DNA of 64,000 nucleotides from Cyanophora paradoxa CCMP329. Taxonomy: Eukaryota > Plantae > Glaucophyta. Under the pieces are notes generated by a model. The model was given only the letters and a program-made list of their open reading frames with translations. It made no database searches and was not told the origin of the DNA. The position numbers and the translations under genes were made by a program. Each line of letters begins with the position of its first letter. Position 1 is the first letter of the stretch. Shown here piece after piece: positions 34,711-42,526 of this stretch. The stretch lies in the NCBI GenBank assembly GCA_004431415.1, contig QPMI01000036.1, positions 372,001 through 436,000 of the forward strand, read 5' to 3'.

Positions 34711-34887
34711 GGGGGTACCCCCTCCGAGGCTGGCGATCGCGGCGATCACGACCCTGGCGATCGCGATTTTCTCCCGATCGCGACCCTTTTCGATCGCGAT
34801 TTCGAGATCGGGGACATTAATGCGATCGCGAGAAAGGAAAAATCGGAAAAGGCCGAAAAGTGCCGTTTTCACGCGTGAAATCGATCG
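34711..34887. promoter_or_regulatory. Palindrome cluster at the left end of the element (candidate origin or protein-binding array)
   Basis: GGGGGTACCCCC (34711-34722), six CGATCG sites including three GCGATCGC, and TTTCACGCGTGAAA, all within ~180 bp. Confidence 0.5.
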
Positions 34888-34962
34888 AAAACGAGGGTTC
34901 GAATCCCGGGCCCGGATTTGGACTTGGTCAGAATCTCGAGTCAAAATGGGAGAAAAATGTGA

Positions 34963-35040
34963 CCTGGGACTTGGGACTTGGGACTTGGGACTTGGGACTT
35001 GGGACTTGGGACTTGGGAAGAGTTAGAATCAGAGTCTGGA
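34963..35040 (+). repeat. Telomere-like module 1: CCT(GGGACTT)7GGGAAGAGTT...
   Basis: Seven perfect GGGACTT units at 34966-35014 followed by GGGAAGAGTTAGAATCAGAGTCTGG. Confidence 0.95.
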
Positions 35041-35075
35041 CTCAAAAGCGGGGAAATTTTCGGACGGGGAGAAAA

Positions 35076-35546
35076 ATGTCAGGCAATCTCTATTACGATT
35101 TCCCCTTTGAGTTGAATATGGCATTCGAGAGGCTGCGCGAGTTCTGGCGTTGGCACCTCACAGGACATGACATTCCCGACATAACACCAGAGCCCAACAC
35201 ACAGGGCGTGCTTGAAGTCATCCGTCAATATCCGCGTCGATTCAATGAATGGATCGAGTTCCACGAAACGAACCGTTTCCAGAGTCTCCCCGAGGCCATA
35301 CGCGAAAATTTCGTGAGGCTGGTGGGACCAGGCTACGACAACCCTAACAATCATAGACCACGCCCAGCTGGCGTGACGCGCGAAGCTCGAGAAGACCGTA
35401 GACTTTTCCGCAGGGAATTGAGAGAGGATAGACGGAGGCTTTCAATGGGGCTCCCGCAGATTGTGAGGGGGTACAGCCCGGATTACGAGACTTACCAAGA
35501 ATTGTACGGCTTCGAAAATCCCCTTGAGAGGGTACTACCAGGGTGA
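35076..35546 (+). CDS. Element ORF, 156-aa hypothetical protein
   Basis: Uninterrupted ORF MSGNLYYDFPFELNMAFERLREFWRWHL...; preceded by the element motif TTTTCGGAC...AAAAATG. Confidence 0.7.
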   Translation: MSGNLYYDFPFELNMAFERLREFWRWHLTGHDIPDITPEPNTQGVLEVIRQYPRRFNEWIEFHETNRFQSLPEAIRENFVRLVGPGYDNPNNHRPRPAGVTREAREDRRLFRRELREDRRRLSMGLPQIVRGYSPDYETYQELYGFENPLERVLPG

Positions 35547-35884
35547 GGGGCCAGGGGGCCCCCTGAGGGTGTACCCCCCATCCGAGACTCGACCTTCGGC
35601 GGACGCACTCTGGCAATTTCCGTCAGGCCGGCTCCTTTTTCTGCCTTCGGCCCAACGCTAAATTTGGCTTTTTTCAGGCCAGTTCGCAACGTTTTCCGTT
35701 GCGAACTAGACCGCGAAAAAAATCGCCCACAAAACCGCGGTCCGCCGCCATTTTGGCTCACTCTTGAAACGGGTTCGCCGCCTTCTCTCAGCCCAAGGAA
35801 TCCCCGCCTCTCCGAATTTTCACAAGTCCGCTCTCTCAGTCACCTCACGTTTTGCCTTTGCTGATCTCTCTTCCCTTTGCGCAG

Positions 35885-36940
35885 ATGTCGATTCCCTCTG
35901 AGCTTGTCGAGGACCTTGCCAAGGCCCGTGAGATGTGGGCTAAGTCCCGCGATTGGCCTACCCGTGAAATGGAGAAGCGTGCCCGCAAGCTGGGGTACCT
36001 CTACCAAGCTCACAGCGGAGAAGGCTTCCATACCATCAACCTCAACTTTGTATCCTCCCTTCTGCCCAAGTCCAAGCAACCCAAGCCCGAGCCCAAGCCC
36101 GAGCCCGTCGACGTGCCCCCCGTCCCCGGCTGGGTCAAGACTCCCACTGGCTGGGGCGACCCCAAGCTTTTCGCCGAGTCTGCCGCCGAGACGCTCGCCT
36201 GGGCCTATCCCCCTCAAGTCTTCACGAATTTCCCCCCTCCGTCATCGTCGTCATCTGCCCCTCAGCCCGTCGCCGAGCCCGCTCCCGAGCCAGTCGATGA
36301 CGCCGAGTCCGAGGCCTCTGACGCCGAGTCTGACATCAACGACTTTATCGACTTTGACGTGCCGATTCAATACGACTCTGAGTCCTCTTCCGACTCTGAA
36401 GGCGACAACGAAAACCCGACTCGCAAGCGCCGCATTATCAAGACCAAGTCAATCGTCAAGAAGAAGTTCATGGAGACCACGTCATTCACCGACAACTCCG
36501 AGCGAGTCAAGAATCCCGCCAAGGAACACGAAAAAGACTTGAAGATCGGCGCTGGCATTGCCCGTTCTCGCGTGACGTCACACTACACCGAGCGCCTGAC
36601 TCAGCACGTCAAGACCATTGAGAAGCGCATCATCGCCAAGCGCGAAATGGCCGAACTCCGGCGCAAGTTGCGTCACGAGCGCCTTCTTCGTCGCGAGATG
36701 ACGTTGGCCAAGATTGCCGAGCGCAAGAAGAAGGAGGCAGCGGAACTTAGGGCGCGCGTCGAGGCTCAGCAGCGGCGCGAGGCAGAGGCGGCAGCGGCCT
36801 TGGCGGCGCAGCGCGAGCAGGAGCGGCAGGACTTAGTGCAGGCAGCGCAGGCCCTTCCCCGCATTCCCCTTAAGTCGGCGCCCGAGGCCCCGATTGACTT
36901 GGTTTCCGATGACGATGACTCTGACTTTGAGATGCTGTAA
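35885..36940 (+). CDS. Element ORF, 351-aa putative nuclear protein (acidic tract, NLS-like RKRR, coiled coil, C-terminal SIM-like IDLVSDDDD)
   Basis: Uninterrupted ORF from MSIPSELVEDL; ATG immediately preceded by a polypyrimidine tract and GCAG (putative 5'UTR intron 35826-35884). Confidence 0.8.
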   Translation: MSIPSELVEDLAKAREMWAKSRDWPTREMEKRARKLGYLYQAHSGEGFHTINLNFVSSLLPKSKQPKPEPKPEPVDVPPVPGWVKTPTGWGDPKLFAESAAETLAWAYPPQVFTNFPPPSSSSSAPQPVAEPAPEPVDDAESEASDAESDINDFIDFDVPIQYDSESSSDSEGDNENPTRKRRIIKTKSIVKKKFMETTSFTDNSERVKNPAKEHEKDLKIGAGIARSRVTSHYTERLTQHVKTIEKRIIAKREMAELRRKLRHERLLRREMTLAKIAERKKKEAAELRARVEAQQRREAEAAAALAAQREQERQDLVQAAQALPRIPLKSAPEAPIDLVSDDDDSDFEML

Positions 36941-37011
36941 ATAGTATTGCGTCATTCCATTGTACATACTTGTAAAAATTGGCCGACTATTCAGTTATGA
37001 CTTGGCGCGAT

Positions 37012-37125
37012 CCTGGGACTTGGGACTTGGGACTTGGGACTTGGGACTTGGGACTTGGGACTTGGGACTTGGGAAGAGTTAGACTCAGGGTCTGGGCCCA
37101 GACTTTCTCTGGATCTGAGAGTTTG
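37012..37125 (+). repeat. Telomere-like module 2: CCT(GGGACTT)8 plus ~55-bp conserved tail
   Basis: Eight perfect units at 37015-37070, then GGGAAGAGTTAGACTCAGGGTCTGGGCCCAGACTTTCTCTGGATCTGAGAGTTTG. Confidence 0.95.
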
Positions 37126-37448
37126 CTGCACCAAGTCCCTAACCACCGGGCAGACTTAGAAAGGGGTACGGAATTCTGGATACGACGTTTCTGGTGACAT
37201 TCCAGGTGAGATTTCAAGCGAGGTAGAGTCTGAACTGGTGTACGACTTGTAGCATGATACTGGACATGAAAGCTCACGAGAGTATGCAACCGAAAACGGA
37301 TGTGAAGAGGGGTAGGAGTTTTCGTGTGAGATGTCGAGAGAAGGAGGGTACGAGATGGGATACGAGTAAAAAAGACTACGAGTAAAAAAGAGTACGAGGG
37401 GTGGTAGGAGTAAAAAAGTCGGTAGAAAAACTCACCTGACTTGTCTGA

Positions 37449-37555
37449 CAAATTTCTGATCCTGGAGAAAGTCTGGGTCGGGACCTGGGTTTCAACTCTT
37501 CCCAAGTCCCAAGTCCCAAGTCCCAAGTCCCAAGTCCCAAGTCCCAAGTCCCAGG
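37449..37555 (-). repeat. Telomere-like module 3, inverted relative to module 2
   Basis: Seven AAGTCCC units at 37504-37552; the reverse complement continues GGGAAGAGTTGAAACCCAGGTCCCGACCCAGACTTTCTCCAGGATCAGAAATTTG. Confidence 0.95.
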
Positions 37556-37576
37556 TTTTTCTGAACCTAGGGCAAA

Positions 37577-37942
37577 ATGGCCCTGCTCCGGTGCACCGAC
37601 TCGCAAGACGTCGCCTACAACGTCCTGGTCAACTCGGACGTACCCCCGAGTGCCTTGGAGTTTCCCTGGAGAGTGGACAGGGACAGGGTGAGCAAGACGT
37701 TTGGAGGGCGCAAGCACTACCTCTCCCAGCTGATCCTCGGGAAGTCGCCACGTGGACGCTACGTGGAACACATCAACGGCAACCCGCTGGACTACAGGAG
37801 GGAGAACCTGCGCTGGGCATCAATGTCGGAGATTCGCAAGAAGAGGAGGGGGTACGCCAATTTACAGGAGAAGAGCGAGGAGATTCGGGAGATGATGGAG
37901 GCGGCACAGGCGCTAATGCAGCTTAGCCAGTCTAGACGCTAG
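37577..37942 (+). CDS. HNH endonuclease-like protein (HNH_3 type), probably catalytically degenerate
   Basis: YLSQLILG..RYVEHINGNPLDYRRENLRWASMSEI versus the typical MHRLI...VDHINGN.LDNR..NLR..T..QN. Confidence 0.75.
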   Translation: MALLRCTDSQDVAYNVLVNSDVPPSALEFPWRVDRDRVSKTFGGRKHYLSQLILGKSPRGRYVEHINGNPLDYRRENLRWASMSEIRKKRRGYANLQEKSEEIREMMEAAQALMQLSQSRR

Positions 37943-38744
37943 TGGTGTGAATCTTGGTGTCGTACTCGCGACCGACCGTTTCCCAGGCCACGTAAACTTC
38001 GGCTCCGGCGCCTGGCGCTGTCGAGTTGGTAGTCGCAGTCGTGTAGTCCGCCTCTGCCTCAATTAGTTCGGCCATGAGGGTAGAGCCCACGACCATTCCA
38101 GAGGTAGGCATTCCGGCGATGTTGTTGTACAATTTGAAAGTGAATTTCGTGAAGAGGAGCCGGGGCCAGACCTGGGTACGGGGATTCGAGGCGCCGTATG
38201 AATAATCGGTACCCGAGGCGCCGCCCGTGGTGGCATTCGTCATCATCTCCTTTGCGGTCATCTTCCAGAGGTTGTACATCTCAAAGGGAACGGCCTGCGT
38301 GGTCTTGTGTGTGGCATCGATGAGGGCGCCATCTAAATGCGTTTTGATGTTCGGATTCGCACCATTCCCAAATTTGCGAGTGAGGGCGGTGTTAGCGGTG
38401 AACTTGAGTTCGAGCACGCGAATGGCGGGCCGATCAGGCACAGAGGGCTCTATCTTTTTCAGGAGGCCCGAGAGCCAGAGCGCCTCCGCCTCATCCGCGC
38501 TCACGCCCGAGTCGATGTCAAAGTACACGTACACGGAGCAGGAGGCGGGATTCTCGAAATCGTTGGAGGTGACGCGCAACATGACGGGATTCTGGACCCT
38601 CACGGTGAGCGGGGTGGCGTAGTTTCCGTCCCACTCCACCTTGTCCGTCCCTGCGTTGGCCACGTTCCCAGCGTTGCCGTAGAAATCGGGGACGATCGAG
38701 CCGGCAGACACGGTCTTCACGATGGTGGCCGAGGTGGTCGGCAT
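37932..38744 (-). CDS. Element beta-rich protein A (270 aa), paralogue of the adjacent ORF; candidate capsid/structural protein
   Basis: Uninterrupted ORF; shares QNPV, SGL(L/V)KK, R.LE(L/V)KF, NPR....PR..FT.F.F and G..L.AEL.E....Y blocks with 38768-39448. Confidence 0.75.
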   Translation of the reverse strand: MPTTSATIVKTVSAGSIVPDFYGNAGNVANAGTDKVEWDGNYATPLTVRVQNPVMLRVTSNDFENPASCSVYVYFDIDSGVSADEAEALWLSGLLKKIEPSVPDRPAIRVLELKFTANTALTRKFGNGANPNIKTHLDGALIDATHKTTQAVPFEMYNLWKMTAKEMMTNATTGGASGTDYSYGASNPRTQVWPRLLFTKFTFKLYNNIAGMPTSGMVVGSTLMAELIEAEADYTTATTNSTAPGAGAEVYVAWETVGREYDTKIHTTSV

Positions 38745-38767
38745 TTTGCGACCTCAAATGAGAAAGA

Positions 38768-39448
38768 TTATCCGTGAAAGAGGGTGATGTCGCCACCGAT
38801 GTTCATGACGCGGACCCCAGGCACAGAGTCCGCGTCGGTGCCGTACGCGTAGGAAATCGAGCACTCGCGCAGCTCCGCGCAGAGGCTGGCGCCCGTGCTG
38901 AAGTGGGGCTGGTCGGTGGCGTAGGAGAGGGGGAAGACCTGGAACCTGAAAAAGGTGAAGGGGAAGCGGGGTAGAGTCGAGCCGCGTGGGTTGCCGCCCG
39001 TGTAGAGGGCCCCCAGGGTCGCGGGACTTGGATTGAATTTCGTGAAGAGCACGTCGCCCTTGAGCGTACCCCTCATCTGGTAAGTTCCCGTACCCGGAAG
39101 ATTCGAAGAACTGGGGCACCGGTTCACGGTGGGGCCGTACCCCGTCTCCCTGAACTTGACCTCGAGACAGCGCAAGACGTTGGCAGTGGCCGTGGCAGGT
39201 GCCACCTTTTTCACGAGTCCTGATTCGTGCAGCAGCTCGATTACCTCTGCGCTGAGGCTCAGAGGGTCGAAGAAGAGCTGATAGGAGTAAATCTTGGGCG
39301 TGGCATAGGCGTTCTGAACGGCCTGAATCACGACGGGATTCTGCAGGAAGACGTCCACGTAGCTGCCAGAGGAGATGCGTGCGAAATCCTTGGCGTTGGT
39401 ACCAACATCCAGATCACCTTTGAGGGTCTGGTACCAGTTGGAAGTCAT
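38768..39448 (-). CDS. Element beta-rich protein B (226 aa), paralogue of the adjacent ORF; candidate capsid/structural protein
   Basis: Same conserved blocks in the same order as 37932-38744. Confidence 0.75.
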   Translation of the reverse strand: MTSNWYQTLKGDLDVGTNAKDFARISSGSYVDVFLQNPVVIQAVQNAYATPKIYSYQLFFDPLSLSAEVIELLHESGLVKKVAPATATANVLRCLEVKFRETGYGPTVNRCPSSSNLPGTGTYQMRGTLKGDVLFTKFNPSPATLGALYTGGNPRGSTLPRFPFTFFRFQVFPLSYATDQPHFSTGASLCAELRECSISYAYGTDADSVPGVRVMNIGGDITLFHG

Positions 39449-39485
39449 TTACACCGGGGCAGATATTTTTTCGGACTTGGGGGAA

Positions 39486-41264
39486 ATGAGGAGGGTGAAG
39501 CGCATTGTGTTGATGAGGCGGAGAGGGCCACGTCCCCTTGGACCCCCACAGAACGTGTCGGTTACGCGCGTGCCTGGTCAGTTTGCGGCTTTGATTGTGT
39601 GGTCCCCTGCCGCTGAAGCGGAAGGCTATGGTGTGAGTCGCACGGTTGGAAGTATAACGGGCACCCCTATCATTTTCAGTAATGTCACTTCACCATTCAC
39701 GAACTCCAACCTACTCCCTGGTCGCCTCTACCTCTACACGGTCTTCTCCTACCGGGATCTGACCGACTCGGGGGGGGCATATGAAGATCGCGGTGCCCCC
39801 ATTGTCAGTATCATGATGCCCACGTCGCTCACATCCTCCACCTCCCAAACCTACGGCGATTTCATAACGGGCGGGGGCCCCACGTCGCAGTCCGTACCCC
39901 TCCCCACCGTGGTTGTCACCATCAACTGGGAGGCCTTCGTGGACCCCGTCGACGAGATTCGCATTTACAGGGATGGTGCATTCAACGGCATCGCAAACAA
40001 CGCGCTATCGACCTCGTACACGGACGACAGCAACTCCCTCGTGCGCGGCACGCAGTATTCCTACCAGGTGGCACCCGTCGTGGGCGGCGTCGAGTACGAA
40101 AAGTCCGACCCGATATTGGCCTGGACGGTACCGAACGCGCCCACGAACGTGATTGCGAGCGCGCCCAACGACCAGCAGCAGCCTGTGAGCCTCACCTGGA
40201 CGGCGTCCATGGGAGCGACGGGGTACAAGATCTACAGGGGCGGGGCCTACCTCGCAACCTCCGCGACCAACTCTTACAGCGATGCGACCACGATCTGGGG
40301 TACAGGGTACGAGTTCCAGATCTCCGCGACGAACTCAGGAGGCGAGGGGCCGAAGGGCATTACGGTCTACGTCACCACGGACCCGGGGGCGCCGGCTTCT
40401 ATCTCAGCGTCACAGCCTTCATCCGCATCCGCCGACGTCACCGTCACCTGGACGGGGCCCGCTACGGGCGCGGCCACCTCCTACAACGTTTACAGAGGGG
40501 GCGTGGAGGTTGGTCACAATGTTACGAGTCCCTTTACCGACAACAATACGCTCTTCATTACCGCCTACAGCTACACGGTCAAAGCCGTCAACATCGTGGG
40601 CGAGGAGGGCCCTGCCTCTTCGTCTTCGGCAGTTACGTGCTATGCTCAGAACGCCACACAGTTGAAGGCGAAGAACACTGCCCTTGGCGATGGGACGTAC
40701 ACGTTCCGTCTTGCTGATGGCACCCTCACCGACATCTACTGCAACATGACCATTGGCGAGGGAGGCTGGATGTCGTTCGCGTCTGCCCCGTCAACAGGCA
40801 GCTGGGGTACAATGAACACCAGTTCTTCCTGGGCGGGGCTCAGCCTCACCCACGGCGCGTACAACACAACGGGCGCTATTGGAAACTACTGGCGCAATTA
40901 CCAAGCCGTTGCGGGACCCGCACCCACTCACCTGCTCTTCATGTCGGGTAATAAGACCTACTATGCTGCTCTTCCGATCACCACTTTCGGATACCCGCGG
41001 GAAGATTTAAATGCCGCGGTGACTCTGACCTACACCTCCGGCAATTTCAACAACCTTGTCCCCGGAATAGATTCGACCAAGGGTGTCGTAGTGTTCCGCG
41101 CAGCGTACGCGGGGCAGCAGGATCCCACGTTCAACATCGGCACTGTACATAGCAGTACAACGCTGGCTACATGCATGTGGGAGGATGGAGGAGATCCGGG
41201 GTGGGTGAATCTGAAGAACGGACAGGGTGGTATTCTCGTGTTCGTGAGGCATCCGGCTGCTTAA
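39486..41264 (+). CDS. Fibronectin type III repeat protein with C-terminal fibrinogen-like domain (putative virion adhesin/decoration)
   Basis: About four FN3-like units (PPQNVSVT..W..Y.V; PNAPTNVIAS..LTW..GYKIYR; PGAPASISAS..VTW..SYNVYR..YSYTVKAVN..GEG), then DGTYTF....DIYCNMTIGEGGWM; start taken at the ATG after the TTTTCGGAC motif. Confidence 0.85.
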   Translation: MRRVKRIVLMRRRGPRPLGPPQNVSVTRVPGQFAALIVWSPAAEAEGYGVSRTVGSITGTPIIFSNVTSPFTNSNLLPGRLYLYTVFSYRDLTDSGGAYEDRGAPIVSIMMPTSLTSSTSQTYGDFITGGGPTSQSVPLPTVVVTINWEAFVDPVDEIRIYRDGAFNGIANNALSTSYTDDSNSLVRGTQYSYQVAPVVGGVEYEKSDPILAWTVPNAPTNVIASAPNDQQQPVSLTWTASMGATGYKIYRGGAYLATSATNSYSDATTIWGTGYEFQISATNSGGEGPKGITVYVTTDPGAPASISASQPSSASADVTVTWTGPATGAATSYNVYRGGVEVGHNVTSPFTDNNTLFITAYSYTVKAVNIVGEEGPASSSSAVTCYAQNATQLKAKNTALGDGTYTFRLADGTLTDIYCNMTIGEGGWMSFASAPSTGSWGTMNTSSSWAGLSLTHGAYNTTGAIGNYWRNYQAVAGPAPTHLLFMSGNKTYYAALPITTFGYPREDLNAAVTLTYTSGNFNNLVPGIDSTKGVVVFRAAYAGQQDPTFNIGTVHSSTTLATCMWEDGGDPGWVNLKNGQGGILVFVRHPAA

Positions 41265-42502
41265 GGTGAGAGGATTGCGACCTGTGCCTCCAGAGCCTCC
41301 ACCTTCTCCTGCAATTTCTGGACGGCCCCGTACATCATCTTTAGGATCTGATCGTAGTTCAGACCGTGGAAATCTTCGATGCCGTGTCGAGAATCGACCT
41401 CGACCGCCTTGGGCATGCAGGCCTTCACATCCTGTGCCACCCAGCCCACCATGTGCCGATCTTTGATCATTGACATGGTTTCCGACCACTCCCATCGCTT
41501 CAGCGGTAGATTCTTCACGAAATTGTAGCAAGTCTGCAGGTTGGCGGGCTCCACATTTATCTTGACACGGGCGTCGCATGAATCCGTCCAGGTGCCGCCC
41601 CCGGGTTTGTAGGCTGTGCCGTTTACTGTGAAATTGCCATTGGACATGTAAGCGACATTTGTTGTCCCACAGTACCATTTGAAATAATGGTCCGTGTTAG
41701 GCACTGAATGCCACATTGCAAGGCTCTCGGTGCCCATTGCATAGTCTACCGTACTGTTTGAAATGCTGGGATAAATGACAATCCTCGTCCCCGTCGACCG
41801 CGTCCCGAAGGAGGGGGGGGCCTGGGTGCACGTCTGCATATTGAGGAGTCCACCGGGGCTGGTGTTCAGGTAATTCGCCAAAAACGACCCACCGCCGGTG
41901 AGGTATGCAATCTCGGTATCTTTGGCGTACCACTTGAACAAATGCGAGGAATCGGGTATTCCTTGCCAGAACGCACTAGGTGAAGTGCCAATTGCATAGT
42001 CGGTGGTTGTCGGGCTAAGGGTTGGATACAGCACCAGGCGGACTCCGGAGGAGCGCGTTGAGGTAGTGGGCGTCCCTTGAGTATGTGTACCCAGGTTGAT
42101 TGTCGACCCGGCCGCAGTGTCAATGTTCCCGTTGACCCTCAACCCCCCCACAATGTCCGCCCCTCCCCCCTGCACGTAAAGCGCCGCATTCCCCTCCCCG
42201 TCGGCAGCCCCGTTGAAGGTTAGTGCGTTTGCGGTGTGACCGCTCCCATCCCATGAGCCATTCGTGACGGTGAGCCTCTGCGTCTTCACGCGCCCCGGCA
42301 CGGCCGACCCGCCCTCCCGCGTGCGCATCTTATCGCAGCGCAGCTCGCCGACGCGGATAAGGTCGGCCTCGGTGAAGGGGACGGCCGTGGCGTTGTAGGG
42401 GGTCTCGGTGGCCTGGTTTCCGAGGGTGGTCTCCTTAATCGTGTGATCGCCCTTGTGATTCACGCTTGCAGCGTAGGTGAATAGAGGGACGGCGACAGAC
42501 AT
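41261..42502 (-). CDS. Fibre/spike protein with two ~85-aa internal repeats and a C-terminal peptidase S74 intramolecular chaperone
   Basis: Repeats TRSSGVRLVLYP...DYAIG...FKWYA and TRSTGTRIVIYP...DYAMG...FKWYC; C-terminus SCDARVK.N....GWVAQDV...P.AV...LNYDQI...AVQKLQEKVEALE. Confidence 0.9.
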   Translation of the reverse strand: MSVAVPLFTYAASVNHKGDHTIKETTLGNQATETPYNATAVPFTEADLIRVGELRCDKMRTREGGSAVPGRVKTQRLTVTNGSWDGSGHTANALTFNGAADGEGNAALYVQGGGADIVGGLRVNGNIDTAAGSTINLGTHTQGTPTTSTRSSGVRLVLYPTLSPTTTDYAIGTSPSAFWQGIPDSSHLFKWYAKDTEIAYLTGGGSFLANYLNTSPGGLLNMQTCTQAPPSFGTRSTGTRIVIYPSISNSTVDYAMGTESLAMWHSVPNTDHYFKWYCGTTNVAYMSNGNFTVNGTAYKPGGGTWTDSCDARVKINVEPANLQTCYNFVKNLPLKRWEWSETMSMIKDRHMVGWVAQDVKACMPKAVEVDSRHGIEDFHGLNYDQILKMMYGAVQKLQEKVEALEAQVAILSP

Positions 42503-42526
42503 TTTTGGATTGCATCAGAAAATCGA

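Noticed and set aside
34733-34829. GCGATCGC as cyanobacterial HIP1, implying plastid or cyanobacterial origin
   Set aside because: The sites are clustered in ~100 bp of non-coding DNA rather than dispersed through coding regions as HIP1 is.
34966-37552. GGGACTT arrays as CRISPR repeats or as coding LGLGTWD repeats
   Set aside because: Contiguous 7-mers with no spacers and no cas genes; the peptide repeats are incidental translations upstream of the motif-supported ATG at 35076.
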